Source of the DNA: Minisyncoccota bacterium
GTDB taxonomy: Bacteria > Patescibacteriota > Minisyncoccia > Phycocordibacterales > Phycocordibacteraceae
Direction of reading: 5' to 3'
DNA length: 64,000 nt
Assembly (NCBI GenBank): GCA_041663025.1
Contig: JBAZRE010000003.1
Span: 2,157 to 66,156 of the forward strand
Shown in pieces: positions 43,739 through 52,633 of the stretch (positions are counted from its first letter, which is position 1; every line of letters begins with the position of its first letter). The notes under the pieces were generated by a model that saw only the letters and a list, made by a program, of their open reading frames with translations, did no database searches and was not told the origin of the DNA. Made by a program: the position numbers and the translations under genes.

Positions 43739-44089
43739 TCACGGCACGAGCGAGTTTTGTTTTGTGAGCTGACCATTCCAACCGCCAAGCATCTTGCCGA
43801 TTTCTTCGAGCGGAATGGAGAGTGCAACATATTCTTTCGTCTCAAGCGATTTGGTCTCCCAGAGAATCAACAGAAATATTTTCAACGTTTCAAGCTTGCG
43901 TATGGCGAGCCGCACCCATGGTTGCTTCTCGGTTTTTGAGAGGAATGTTGCGCTCGCGACTGCCTCAATCAGTGTGACAAATTCTGCATCTATCTTGCCA
44001 CCGAGCGTATAGCGATGAGTCTTAGGGATTGTCTGATAAAATGTATACCATAGGATATACGCATGCTTAATTCTCTCCAAAACAGGCAA
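43739..44089 (-). CDS. avd: Avd-like accessory variability determinant (copy 2)
   Basis: 116 aa starting at TTG. IPKTHRYTLGGKIDAEFVTLIEA...EEIGKMLGGWNGQL matches avd1 and the BPP-1 Avd pattern. Antisense to TR2 and RT2. Confidence 0.7.
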   Translation of the reverse strand: MPVLERIKHAYILWYTFYQTIPKTHRYTLGGKIDAEFVTLIEAVASATFLSKTEKQPWVRLAIRKLETLKIFLLILWETKSLETKEYVALSIPLEEIGKMLGGWNGQLTKQNSLVP

Positions 44090-45126
44090 GAGCTTCTGGG
44101 GGGGGGGTTACTTCTAGGAAGAAATTCACTCATTCATCCGAGCATATCATTTCAGTTGAAAATTTACTCGGAGCGTGGCAAGAATTTATAAGGGGCAAAC
44201 GCAAACGTGATGACGTACAAGAATTCGAACGGTATTTGATGCACAATGTTTTAGAATTGCATCGCGAGCTTGCTGCTGGCACCTATAAACACGGCGGCTA
44301 CCATCACTTTAAGATCAGCGACCCGAAACCACGCGATATTCATAAAGCGAGCGTGCGAGATCGGCTCATTCATCACGCTCTCTATCGCCAACTTTATCCA
44401 TTCTTTGACCGTACATTCATACTAGACTCGTATTCGTGCCGCCTCAACAGAGGCACTCATCGGGCGATGAACCGCTTTCGAGCTTTCGCATATCAAGTAT
44501 CTAAAAACGACACGTGCACTTGCTGGGTTCTCAAATGCGATATACGAAAGTTCTTCGCTTCCATCGATCAAGAAATATTGATGGAGATTATTAGTACCTA
44601 TATATCAGATAAACGCATCTGTGTACTTATCCAAAATATCATCACCAGCTTCAACTCTTGTGCAACAAGGAAGGGTTTGCCACTCGGGAACCTTACCTCG
44701 CAACTGCTTGTGAATATCTATATGGGTGAATTTGACCAGTTTGTTAAACATAAACTAAAAGTGAAGTATTATATCCGCTACGCAGACGACTTTGTGATTC
44801 TTTCTGCTAACAAAAATTATTTGTTGCGAGTACTACCATATATGGAAGCATTTTTGCATGACCAACTAAAGCTCAGTCTGCATCCAGACAAAGTATTCAT
44901 AAGAACCCTTGCCTCAGGGATTGATTTTCTTGGTTGGATGCATCGCCCCAATTATCGCGTATTACGGACGGCAACCAAAAATAGGATGTTCCGCACGATC
45001 AAAAAGAGCGAAGGGAAGCCTGAAGTGCTGCACTCTTATCTTGGCATGTTGAGTCATGGAAACACACAGAGACTTCAAGAGAAAGCAATTTCTTTCGCAA
45101 ATATGCTAGGATGCCCGTATGGATAA
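44071..45126 (+). CDS. DGR reverse transcriptase (copy 2). Track ORF starts at TTG 44236; conserved N-terminal coding is in frame from 44071 without a canonical start
   Basis: LPLGNLTSQLLVNIY ([IVL]GxxxSQ) and RYADDFVIL. About 75% aa identity to RT1. Upstream in-frame ...KKFTHSSEHIISVENLLGAWQEFIRGKRKRDDVQEFERYL. Confidence 0.85.
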   Translation, partial: FSPKQARASGGGVTSRKKFTHSSEHIISVENLLGAWQEFIRGKRKRDDVQEFERYLMHNVLELHRELAAGTYKHGGYHHFKISDPKPRDIHKASVRDRLIHHALYRQLYPFFDRTFILDSYSCRLNRGTHRAMNRFRAFAYQVSKNDTCTCWVLKCDIRKFFASIDQEILMEIISTYISDKRICVLIQNIITSFNSCATRKGLPLGNLTSQLLVNIYMGEFDQFVKHKLKVKYYIRYADDFVILSANKNYLLRVLPYMEAFLHDQLKLSLHPDKVFIRTLASGIDFLGWMHRPNYRVLRTATKNRMFRTIKKSEGKPEVLHSYLGMLSHGNTQRLQEKAISFANMLGCPYG

Positions 45127-46132
45127 GGAAATGCGGATATCTATCACCGCGAATACCATTACCACCGCGCTGTTTATCGTCGTTGGGGCATACGTGCTCT
45201 GGCTCTTGCGCGACCTCGTGCTCCTAGTGCTCACTGCCATTGTTATAGCCTCAGCCATTGAGCCATGGATCGCCTTCTTGATTCGGAGACACATCCCACG
45301 TTTCTTTTCGGCAATCTTGGTGTATGTGCTCCTCTTAGGTTCGATTTTTTCGCTACTCTATTTCTTCTTCCCGCCGATTATCGCGGATGCGGCAAACATG
45401 TTCTCAGCAATGCCGCAGTATCTCGATACGCTCAATGTCCCCAGTTCTCTATCTGGGATTACCAATACACTGCTCTCATTCCAAGCCATCTTTTCTGCGG
45501 ATTCGATGGGTGTGTTGCAGCTCCTCATTACATTCTTTGGTAGCATCTCAGCGTTGATGCTAATCGTCGTGCTCTCATTCTATTTTGCACTGCAGGATAC
45601 CGGAGTTGATGATTTTCTTCGTTTCGTGATGCCTGTCGCCTATGAGGACTACTCTGTTGACCTCTGGAGAAGGTCGCAAAAGAAAATAGGGCTATGGATG
45701 CAAGGGCAAATCCTTCTCTCGGTTCTTGTCGGCATACTCGTCTACCTCGGCCTTCTTATTATCGGCATTCCGTACGCGTTGCTGCTCTCTGTCTTCACCG
45801 CGCTGGCAGAAATCATCCCCATCTTCGGCGCTTTGATTGCCGGCGTGGTGGCGGTCGCTGTCGGATATTCTGACGGTGGTGTTGCACTCGGCGCGATTGT
45901 CGCCGGCCTTTTCATCGTGGTCAACCAATTTGAGGCCAATCTTATCTACCCGCTTATTGTGAAGAAAGTCGTCGGCGTCCCACCGCTCTTGGTCATCATT
46001 GCGCTCATCGCAGGTTACACGCTTGCCGGATTCTTGGGGGCCCTTCTCTCGGTGCCGGTCGCGGCGGTTATGCTTGAGTTCATCTCGGACTTCGATAAAC
46101 GCAAGCGCCGCATTCATCACGCGCAGACTTAA
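45119..46132 (+). CDS. AI-2E family (PerM/YhhT, UPF0118) transporter
   Basis: 337 aa with about 8 TM helices and the conserved C-terminal glycine-rich segments typical of AI-2E. Confidence 0.65.
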   Translation: MDKEMRISITANTITTALFIVVGAYVLWLLRDLVLLVLTAIVIASAIEPWIAFLIRRHIPRFFSAILVYVLLLGSIFSLLYFFFPPIIADAANMFSAMPQYLDTLNVPSSLSGITNTLLSFQAIFSADSMGVLQLLITFFGSISALMLIVVLSFYFALQDTGVDDFLRFVMPVAYEDYSVDLWRRSQKKIGLWMQGQILLSVLVGILVYLGLLIIGIPYALLLSVFTALAEIIPIFGALIAGVVAVAVGYSDGGVALGAIVAGLFIVVNQFEANLIYPLIVKKVVGVPPLLVIIALIAGYTLAGFLGALLSVPVAAVMLEFISDFDKRKRRIHHAQT

Positions 46133-46137
46133 TAACC

Positions 46138-47550
46138 ATGAGTGCGCGCTACATCACCACCACGCTGCCATATGTGAACGCGAGCCCGCATATCGGCTTC
46201 GCGCTCGAGCTTGTACAGGCAGACGCGCTCGCACGCACGTGGCGCAATGATGGAGAGGAAGTATTTTTTTCGACTGGCACTGATGAACATGGACAGAAGA
46301 TATTTGAAGCTGCAGAGAAGTCAGGGCAAGATCCACAAGCATACGTGGATCAGTATGCCGCTGAGTTTGAGAAGTTAAAGAGCGCGCTCGATATCAGTTA
46401 TGATTCGTTCATTCGGACGACGAGCCCAATGCACAGCAAAGCAGTACAAGAAATGTGGCGCCGCTGTGCAGAAAGGGGTGATATTTATAAAAAAGAATAT
46501 GAGGGGTTGTATTGTGTTGGACACGAAGCTTTTGTGACCGAGAAGGATCTCGTTGGCGGGATGTGTGTCGATCATGGTACAAAACCAGAGCTCTTGAAAG
46601 AGACGAATTACTTTTTCAAATTTTCAAATTACCAAGATCGCCTTATCCAATATTTGGAACAGCCGGGAGTTATTGTGCCAGAATGGCGACGATCCGAGGC
46701 GATTAATTTTGTAAAAAGTGGCCTTGAAGATTTCAGTATTTCTCGTGAGAAGGCACGCCTCACATGGGGGATCCCTGTGCCGGGAGATGATTCGCAAGTG
46801 ATGTATGTGTGGTTTGACGCACTCACGAACTACATCTCTACTCTCGGCTGGCCATCTGACGCGGAGGGGAATTTTAAGAAGTTTTGGGTTGAAGGTAACA
46901 CACTACAAATAGCAGGGAAGGACCAAGTGCGCTTCCAGTCACTCATGTGGCAGGCGATGCTCATGTCTGCCGAGATAAGAAATACCGACACGATCTTTTA
47001 TCACGGATTTATCAACTCGTCGGGTGGACAGAAGATGAGCAAATCGCTCGGGAACGTCATTAGTCCCTATGACTTGGTGAAGAAATATGGCACCGATGCC
47101 ACACGCTACATACTCTTGCGGCACATCCATCCAACAGAAGATTCTGATGTAACTTGGGAACGCCTTGATGAATGGTATACGGCGAATCTCACCAATGGCC
47201 TTGGTAATCTTGTCGCGCGCGTGATGAAACTTTCAGAAAGTCATCTAGACTCATATTCTGTAATTAATCCACGAGAGGACTTAGTAGCACTTGAGCAGTT
47301 TAACTTCCAGGGCGCGATGGACAGTATTTGGGCTCGCATACAGAAACTTGATCAAGAAATTACAGAAAAAGAACCGTTCAAAATAATTAAATCAGACCCA
47401 GAAAAGGGAAAGCAGATCATTGATAATTTAAGAACAGAATTGTTTTTTATCGCGCATACGCTCAAAGCATATATGCCAAAGACTAGCGAAACGATAGAAA
47501 TGGCTGTGCTTGAAAATAAAAAACCCGAGAATCTTTTCCCGAGGTTATGA
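46138..47550 (+). CDS. metG: Methionyl-tRNA synthetase (short form, no C-terminal tRNA-binding domain)
   Basis: 470 aa. Degenerate HIGH (PYVNASPHIGFA), KMSKS (QKMSKSLGN), connective-peptide Cys region (CVGHEAFVTEKD...CVDHG). Confidence 0.85.
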   Translation: MSARYITTTLPYVNASPHIGFALELVQADALARTWRNDGEEVFFSTGTDEHGQKIFEAAEKSGQDPQAYVDQYAAEFEKLKSALDISYDSFIRTTSPMHSKAVQEMWRRCAERGDIYKKEYEGLYCVGHEAFVTEKDLVGGMCVDHGTKPELLKETNYFFKFSNYQDRLIQYLEQPGVIVPEWRRSEAINFVKSGLEDFSISREKARLTWGIPVPGDDSQVMYVWFDALTNYISTLGWPSDAEGNFKKFWVEGNTLQIAGKDQVRFQSLMWQAMLMSAEIRNTDTIFYHGFINSSGGQKMSKSLGNVISPYDLVKKYGTDATRYILLRHIHPTEDSDVTWERLDEWYTANLTNGLGNLVARVMKLSESHLDSYSVINPREDLVALEQFNFQGAMDSIWARIQKLDQEITEKEPFKIIKSDPEKGKQIIDNLRTELFFIAHTLKAYMPKTSETIEMAVLENKKPENLFPRL

Positions 47551-48329
47551 TTCCAAAATATATTGATGCACACTGCCACTTACAATTTGAGCAGTATGCG
47601 CAGGACAGGGATGAAATAATAGAGAAAATGCGCAAAGAGGGGATTGGAGCCATTGTCGTCGGCACTGACCTTGCGTCATCACAAGAGGCGATCGCGCTCG
47701 CGGAGAAATATGAGCATTTGTATGCTTCTGTTGGTTTGCATCCGAGCCACGCCACACAAAAAGATTTCAATATAGAAAAATTTAAAAAACTTGCACAGCA
47801 TTCTAAAGTGGTTGCGGTCGGGGAATGCGGCCTAGATTATTTCCACACAGAGAAAAACGATCAGCAGGAAGAGATTTTAAAAAAACATATTACCCTTGCT
47901 GCAGAGCTGGAGAAACCGCTCATTATTCATGCGCGTTCAAGTACAACAGAGAACGCCTATCAAGACTTAATTCAAATTCTTAAAAAAGTAAAAATAGAAT
48001 ATCCAAACCTGCGCGGAGACATCCACTTCTTCTCTGGCAGTCTCGCCGAAGCTCAAACGCTCATTGCACTTGATTTCACCATTTCATTTACCGCCGTTAT
48101 CACCTTTGCACGCACATATGATGAAATTATAAAAGCGGTTCCGATCGCGAGTATTCTCTCAGAGACTGACGCTCCGTATGTGGCGCCCGCTTCTCGTCGC
48201 GGGCAGCGCAACGACCCTCTCGCGATTGTTGAGGTTGTCGCGATGATTGCGAGCATTAGGGGTGAGGATCTCGAGGGTGTCCGGGCGGCACTTTTGGCCA
48301 GCGCCCAGCGCCTGTTGCGGTGGTCGTAA
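47547..48329 (+). CDS. tatD: TatD-family metal-dependent hydrolase
   Basis: 260 aa. YIDAHCHL N-terminal metal-binding motif and TIM-barrel His/Glu/Asp pattern. Confidence 0.8.
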   Translation: MIPKYIDAHCHLQFEQYAQDRDEIIEKMRKEGIGAIVVGTDLASSQEAIALAEKYEHLYASVGLHPSHATQKDFNIEKFKKLAQHSKVVAVGECGLDYFHTEKNDQQEEILKKHITLAAELEKPLIIHARSSTTENAYQDLIQILKKVKIEYPNLRGDIHFFSGSLAEAQTLIALDFTISFTAVITFARTYDEIIKAVPIASILSETDAPYVAPASRRGQRNDPLAIVEVVAMIASIRGEDLEGVRAALLASAQRLLRWS

Positions 48330-48352
48330 TCTCGTGCTAAGGTGCCATTATT

Positions 48353-48838
48353 ATGGCGAAAAAGGAAATGGAAATAGACGAGCAAGAAATCCTCGAAGAT
48401 AGCGCAGAGCCGCGCGTCTACGAGCTCGGTTTTCACCTCGACCCGGAACTCCCTTCTGAAGAGGTGAAGAAGGCGTATCAGGCAATAAAGGGGCTTATCG
48501 CGAGCAAGGGAACGCTCATTGCAGAGGGTGAGCCGCAGTCAATACCGCTTGCGTACACAATCTCTCTTCAAGAGACATCTGGTCGTCGCGACTTTGACTC
48601 CGCTCACTTCTGCTGGATTGTCTACGAGACATCAGCGCTTTCTCATGCAGAGCTACTGGGTGCAGCAGGTGCCGACAAACACATCATCCGCTTTATTGAT
48701 CTATTGACGACGAAGGACGCAGCTCGTCATGCGGTTGAGATCCGCGAGTTTTCACTCAAGGCGCCAGAGAGAACAAAAGATCCAGAGGCGACTATTGGTG
48801 TCGAGCTTGATGCTGCACTTGAGCACGCTGCGGTATAA
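48353..48838 (+). CDS. rpsF: 30S ribosomal protein S6 (with N- and C-terminal extensions)
   Basis: 161 aa. Core RVYELGFHLDPELPSEE...PLAYTI resembles S6. Conserved rpsF-ssb-rpsR order. Confidence 0.6.
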   Translation: MAKKEMEIDEQEILEDSAEPRVYELGFHLDPELPSEEVKKAYQAIKGLIASKGTLIAEGEPQSIPLAYTISLQETSGRRDFDSAHFCWIVYETSALSHAELLGAAGADKHIIRFIDLLTTKDAARHAVEIREFSLKAPERTKDPEATIGVELDAALEHAAV

Positions 48839-48846
48839 TCACTATC

Positions 48847-49296
48847 ATGTACCTCAACAAAGTATTTCTCTACGGCAATCTTACCCGCGACCCAGAGCTC
48901 AAGGCGCTTCCTTCTGGTGGGCAGGTGGTGAATTTCGGTCTCGCGACGAATCGCACCTACAAAGACAAGAGTGGAGCAAAACAAGAATCAACAGAGTTTC
49001 ATAATGTTGTTGCATTCGGTCGCACCGCAGAAGTCATCGCACAGTATGTAAAGAAAGGCCGCCCCATTTTCATTGAGGGGCGCATTCAGACACGATCATG
49101 GGATGGTAAAGAAGATGGGAAGAAGCAATACCGCACCGAGATTATCGCTGAGACCTTCCAGTTTGGCGCTGACGCGAAGGGTGGTGGTGATTCTACTAGC
49201 CACCGATCTTCGTCTGGAGAACAGACAGCACCTAAAGATGCGAATGAAATTCAGTATCCCGACGAAGAGATAAATCCGGAAGACATTCCGTTTTAG
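48847..49296 (+). CDS. ssb: Single-stranded DNA-binding protein
   Basis: 149 aa. OB fold (NKVFLYGNLTRDPELK...FGLATNRTYKD...FHNVVAFGRTAE) and acidic C-terminal tail ending DIPF. Confidence 0.9.
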   Translation: MYLNKVFLYGNLTRDPELKALPSGGQVVNFGLATNRTYKDKSGAKQESTEFHNVVAFGRTAEVIAQYVKKGRPIFIEGRIQTRSWDGKEDGKKQYRTEIIAETFQFGADAKGGGDSTSHRSSSGEQTAPKDANEIQYPDEEINPEDIPF

Positions 49297-49336
49297 TATC
49301 CCTTTATACCTTATACTTACCCCTTAATACTTTTGT

Positions 49337-49543
49337 ATGGCATATCAAGCAGAACGTGAAGAAATAGAGCTCAAGAAGTTTACCGACTATAAAGATGTCG
49401 CGTATTTGAAGCAGTTCACCAACCCGCATGCCAAGATGCTCTCAAAGAAGCGCACCGGCATCCCAGCAGGGAAACAGCGCGACATCTCTCAAGCGATCAA
49501 GCGTGCCCGCTTCATGGCACTCATGCCGTACGTTTCTGCATAA
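49337..49543 (+). CDS. rpsR: 30S ribosomal protein S18
   Basis: 68 aa. KDVAYLKQFTNPHAKMLSKKRTGIPAGKQRDISQAIKRARFMALMPY is the S18 signature. Confidence 0.9.
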   Translation: MAYQAEREEIELKKFTDYKDVAYLKQFTNPHAKMLSKKRTGIPAGKQRDISQAIKRARFMALMPYVSA

Positions 49544-49554
49544 CGTATAAAATA

Positions 49555-49586
49555 CAAAAAAGCCCCGCTTGAGCGGGGCTTTTTTG
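49555..49586. terminator. Bidirectional intrinsic terminator (rpsR + / efp -)
   Basis: aaaaaagccccgc ttga gcggggcttttttg. Confidence 0.65.
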
Positions 49587-49588
49587 TA

Positions 49589-50164
49589 TTACGCCTTCTC
49601 GACGCGTTCGGTATATTCTCCAGAGTCAGTGTTGATGCGGACGATGTCGCCCGCATTGATAAAGAGTGGGACATCTACCTTTGCACCAGTGACGAGGGTG
49701 ACGAGCTTGTTGCCACCGGTTGCGGTGTTACCTTTGGTGCTCGGCGGGGCCTCTTTAACTTCGAGCTCAACCTTCACCGGTATTTTTATCGTCGTCGGCT
49801 TTTCTTCATAGGTCATTACTTCAACAACACTGTTCGGTGCGAGCCACTGTATTTTGTCATGTACCGAGTCCTCGGGAAATGAAAAACGATTCTTCGCATT
49901 CTTCTCTTCAGCGAACCAGCTCTCACCACGATTGGTGTACAAGTATTGGGCATACATTCTGCCGATATCCGCTTCGGTTACCGACTCATTTTGGTGAAAA
50001 GAAATTTCAGTCACTTTGCCAGAAATAAGGTGGCGCAGCTTCGTCTGATTTACCGGTTTGCGCTGTTGCATACGAAAAATATGCGAGGAGAGTACCTCAT
50101 ATGGCTCGTTGTTGTAGTTGATAATGCACTTGGGGAGGATTTCGTTGTAGCTGAGTACTGCCAT
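49589..50164 (-). CDS. efp: Elongation factor P
   Basis: 191 aa with three OB/KOW-like domains. KPGKG loop region appears as RKPVNQTKLRHL. Confidence 0.8.
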   Translation of the reverse strand: MAVLSYNEILPKCIINYNNEPYEVLSSHIFRMQQRKPVNQTKLRHLISGKVTEISFHQNESVTEADIGRMYAQYLYTNRGESWFAEEKNAKNRFSFPEDSVHDKIQWLAPNSVVEVMTYEEKPTTIKIPVKVELEVKEAPPSTKGNTATGGNKLVTLVTGAKVDVPLFINAGDIVRINTDSGEYTERVEKA

Positions 50165-50299
50165 AGATCTGAAACTAATGTCGAATAATGATTGTTATAA
50201 AAAGTGCCCAAAAAGGGCGATTCATGTATGCCCCGTAGCACAATCCTCTAACAGTGCCACGGAGGCGACAAGTGCGATTATAAGTCATTTCCTTAAATT

Positions 50300-50908
50300 G
50301 TGCTACGGGGTATGCTAGCAGATACCATGAGTTTTTCAACTGCTGAGGACCTCGGTGCTCTCTCGGACGCTGAAGTGCTTGCGCGTTCAAGGTGTGAGCC
50401 AGAGCTGTTTGCGGTGCTCGTTCGCCGCTACGAAGCAGCTCTACTGCGTCGTGCGCGCAAAATCTTATTTTCTCCAGAGGACGCCGAGGAAGCAGTGCAG
50501 GATGCATTTACAAAGATGTATCTCTATGCGGATAAGTATCAAGAGCAATCAGGCGCATCATTTTCTTCATGGGCATACACGATTCTCAATCGTGTTGCCT
50601 ACACCAAATACACAGCACGACGGAAAGAGAGTGGGCAAGTGGCGGAGCTAGAACCAGAGCACTACGAATCACTCCCAGATGCGCGGGCAGAATTTCTTGA
50701 AGATCTATCGATACGAGATGAAGTCATTGCGGCGCTCTCAAAATTGCCTGAAACTGCGGCTAGGATATTGCGGTTGCAGTTTATTGAAGGCAAGAGTCAA
50801 GAAGAGATTGCCGAATCAGAGAATCTCTCAATTCCCGCAGTGAAAACGCGCGTGCATCGCGCCAAAAAACTTTTCAAACAGACCTATGACGAACAACGCT
50901 ATGAATGA
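50300..50908 (+). CDS. Sigma-70 family (ECF-type) RNA polymerase sigma factor
   Basis: Region 2 (AVQDAFTKMYLYADKY...FSSWAYTILNRV) and region 4 HTH (QEEIAESENLSIPAVKTRVHRAKKLF). True start is probably the downstream ATG near 50324. Confidence 0.75.
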   Translation: MLRGMLADTMSFSTAEDLGALSDAEVLARSRCEPELFAVLVRRYEAALLRRARKILFSPEDAEEAVQDAFTKMYLYADKYQEQSGASFSSWAYTILNRVAYTKYTARRKESGQVAELEPEHYESLPDARAEFLEDLSIRDEVIAALSKLPETAARILRLQFIEGKSQEEIAESENLSIPAVKTRVHRAKKLFKQTYDEQRYE

Positions 50909-51233
50909 CCAATCAAACATCGAGCGCATTGTAATGCGCCGCGTGCATTTAATGCGCATATTGGGGCTCATTATTTCAACAGCAGTCCTCGCTCTTCTGA
51001 CGCTCATTCTTGCGCTCTGGGGAATCGGCAGGGAAGTGTGGGTCGCGCGCATCTTCGAGAATATGCCCCATTCGGGCGACTTTGCTGCAGTTGGTCGTTT
51101 CTATCTTGATGCATTTGGTCATACACGGCTCGTTGTTCAGGTGCTTACCCTCCTCTCTCTTGCTGCATGCATCTACCTCGCTCGCAAGACCGCTCGCGCA
51201 CTCATCTCTTTCTTCACTCCACCGCATGTCTAG
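50886..51233 (+). CDS. Putative membrane anti-sigma factor
   Basis: 115 aa overlapping the sigma factor gene end, with two TM helices. Position and topology are typical of ECF anti-sigma partners. Confidence 0.4.
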   Translation: MTNNAMNDQSNIERIVMRRVHLMRILGLIISTAVLALLTLILALWGIGREVWVARIFENMPHSGDFAAVGRFYLDAFGHTRLVVQVLTLLSLAACIYLARKTARALISFFTPPHV

Positions 51234-51276
51234 TTTTTAACTAAGATTTTTCACGATTATCCACAAACCAAATGCA

Positions 51277-51297
51277 CCTTAATTTACGCTATAGCGT
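51277..51297. promoter_or_regulatory. Operator-like repeat ccttaatttacgctatagcgt containing 14 bp palindrome TACGCTATAGCGTA; an identical second copy lies at 51974-51994
   Basis: Two identical 21-mers flank the PaaX-like regulator gene, each followed by ggtacatgg. The first lies upstream of the regulator and the second upstream of ORF 52085. Confidence 0.6.
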
Positions 51298-51309
51298 AGA
51301 ATATGGTAC

Positions 51310-51954
51310 ATGGAAATGAAAGGTAAAAAGAAGGAGGGGAATCTAGATCGTAAGGCGGTCGGAAAGATTGTTGCGCGAACACGGGGGAATAAGCGCATCC
51401 CGCTTCAGACGATTATTCTCGGGACACTTTCGGTGACCGGCGTTCTCGCTGTAGCACTTGTGGCGCCAAATGCGTTGCGCCTTTTTGATTACCTCAATCC
51501 GATCTCTCGCTCAAACACCATCCGGTTCAATCAGCGTATTGCACAAGCACTTTTGCGACTTGAAAGACGTGGACTTATTCACATAACGGGCGAGGGAAGG
51601 AAACGTGAAATACACCTGACGACTCAAGGAGAAGAACTTATTAATGATTTGTATACGGGCGCATATGTTATTCCTCTGCCGGTTCGTTGGGATGGGAAGT
51701 GGCGACTCGTTATGTTTGATGTACCGGAGAAACGCAAGAAAGTTCGTGATACATTGCGCATGCTCTTACGAAGTGCAGGTTTTATTCATTTCCAAGATAG
51801 CGCGTGGATACAACCATATCCCTGCAATGAGCTCGTCACTCTGCTCCGTTCGCATCTCGGAAGCGGTAAGGGCGAAATACGCTACCTCACGGCCTCATTT
51901 GCAGACGAAAGCGACTACTTCTTCCGTAAACACTTCGATCTTATTACCATTTAA
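51310..51954 (+). CDS. PaaX-like transcriptional regulator (winged HTH plus Cas2-like C-terminal domain)
   Basis: 214 aa. wHTH RFNQRIAQALLRLERRGLIHITGEGRKREIHLTTQGEELIN. C-terminal WDGKWRLVMFDVPEKRKKVRDTLRMLLRSAGFIHFQDSAWI matches the PaaX C-domain / Cas2 fold. Confidence 0.55.
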   Translation: MEMKGKKKEGNLDRKAVGKIVARTRGNKRIPLQTIILGTLSVTGVLAVALVAPNALRLFDYLNPISRSNTIRFNQRIAQALLRLERRGLIHITGEGRKREIHLTTQGEELINDLYTGAYVIPLPVRWDGKWRLVMFDVPEKRKKVRDTLRMLLRSAGFIHFQDSAWIQPYPCNELVTLLRSHLGSGKGEIRYLTASFADESDYFFRKHFDLITI

Positions 51955-52084
51955 GCTCGATTTCTTCGTGTACCTTAATTTACGCTATAGCGTGGTACAT
52001 GGTACATTTCCATTTGTATTTTTTAGAGTTGTCCTGTAGAGTCAGTTTGGATTAGCTGTTCTAAATCATAATGAAAAGGAGGAA

Positions 52085-52570
52085 GTGAAGATGAATCTGA
52101 CAAAGAATTTCGTCAAGGTGTCAGGAGATGCACTTAGAAATCCAGCATTTCATGACTGGATTGCGGATGTTTACAAGAGGCCCTGTATCATTACTTGTTG
52201 TGTTGGTGGAGGAACTGATATTAACAGGGAGTTTCTACGTATGGAATTTCCCGTTAAGAAAAAAGGACCGCTCGGGCGCGAACCAAAAACACATCTACAA
52301 CTTCAAATTGCGAGAAATGTTCTGGAGAAAAATGCAATGGAATTGAAGGATACCCTCACCAGTAAGGGCGTCCATCATATCCGTATAATCACTCCGTTCC
52401 TTTATATCGGAGAAGAACTTTGTCCGCTTGATGGAGATGAAATGGTTCGTGCCGCCTATCTTGGGTATGACAAACTCTTCGTTATCACAACTCCGGAACG
52501 CAAGGCGGAGAAAGAGCGAAAGTTTAAACCCTTAAAGAAAAAGGTACAAATTCTTGCTTTTGACGAGTAA
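52085..52570 (+). CDS. Hypothetical protein (amino-acid-kinase-like N-terminus, truncated length)
   Basis: 161 aa. FVKVSGDAL...CCVGGGTD resembles the start of carbamate/amino-acid kinase folds, but the protein is too short. Assignment is weak. Confidence 0.35.
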   Translation: MKMNLTKNFVKVSGDALRNPAFHDWIADVYKRPCIITCCVGGGTDINREFLRMEFPVKKKGPLGREPKTHLQLQIARNVLEKNAMELKDTLTSKGVHHIRIITPFLYIGEELCPLDGDEMVRAAYLGYDKLFVITTPERKAEKERKFKPLKKKVQILAFDE

Positions 52571-52633
52571 ACACTCACCAAACCGTTCGCCTCAGAAGTC
52601 ACTCGGCTTCTTGAGTCGGGCGGTTTCTGTTTT

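Noticed and set aside
43613-43939. 108 aa plus-strand ORF spanning TR2
   Set aside because: Same reason: the frame is kept open by TR2 being a copy of coding sequence, it overlaps avd2, and it has no motifs.
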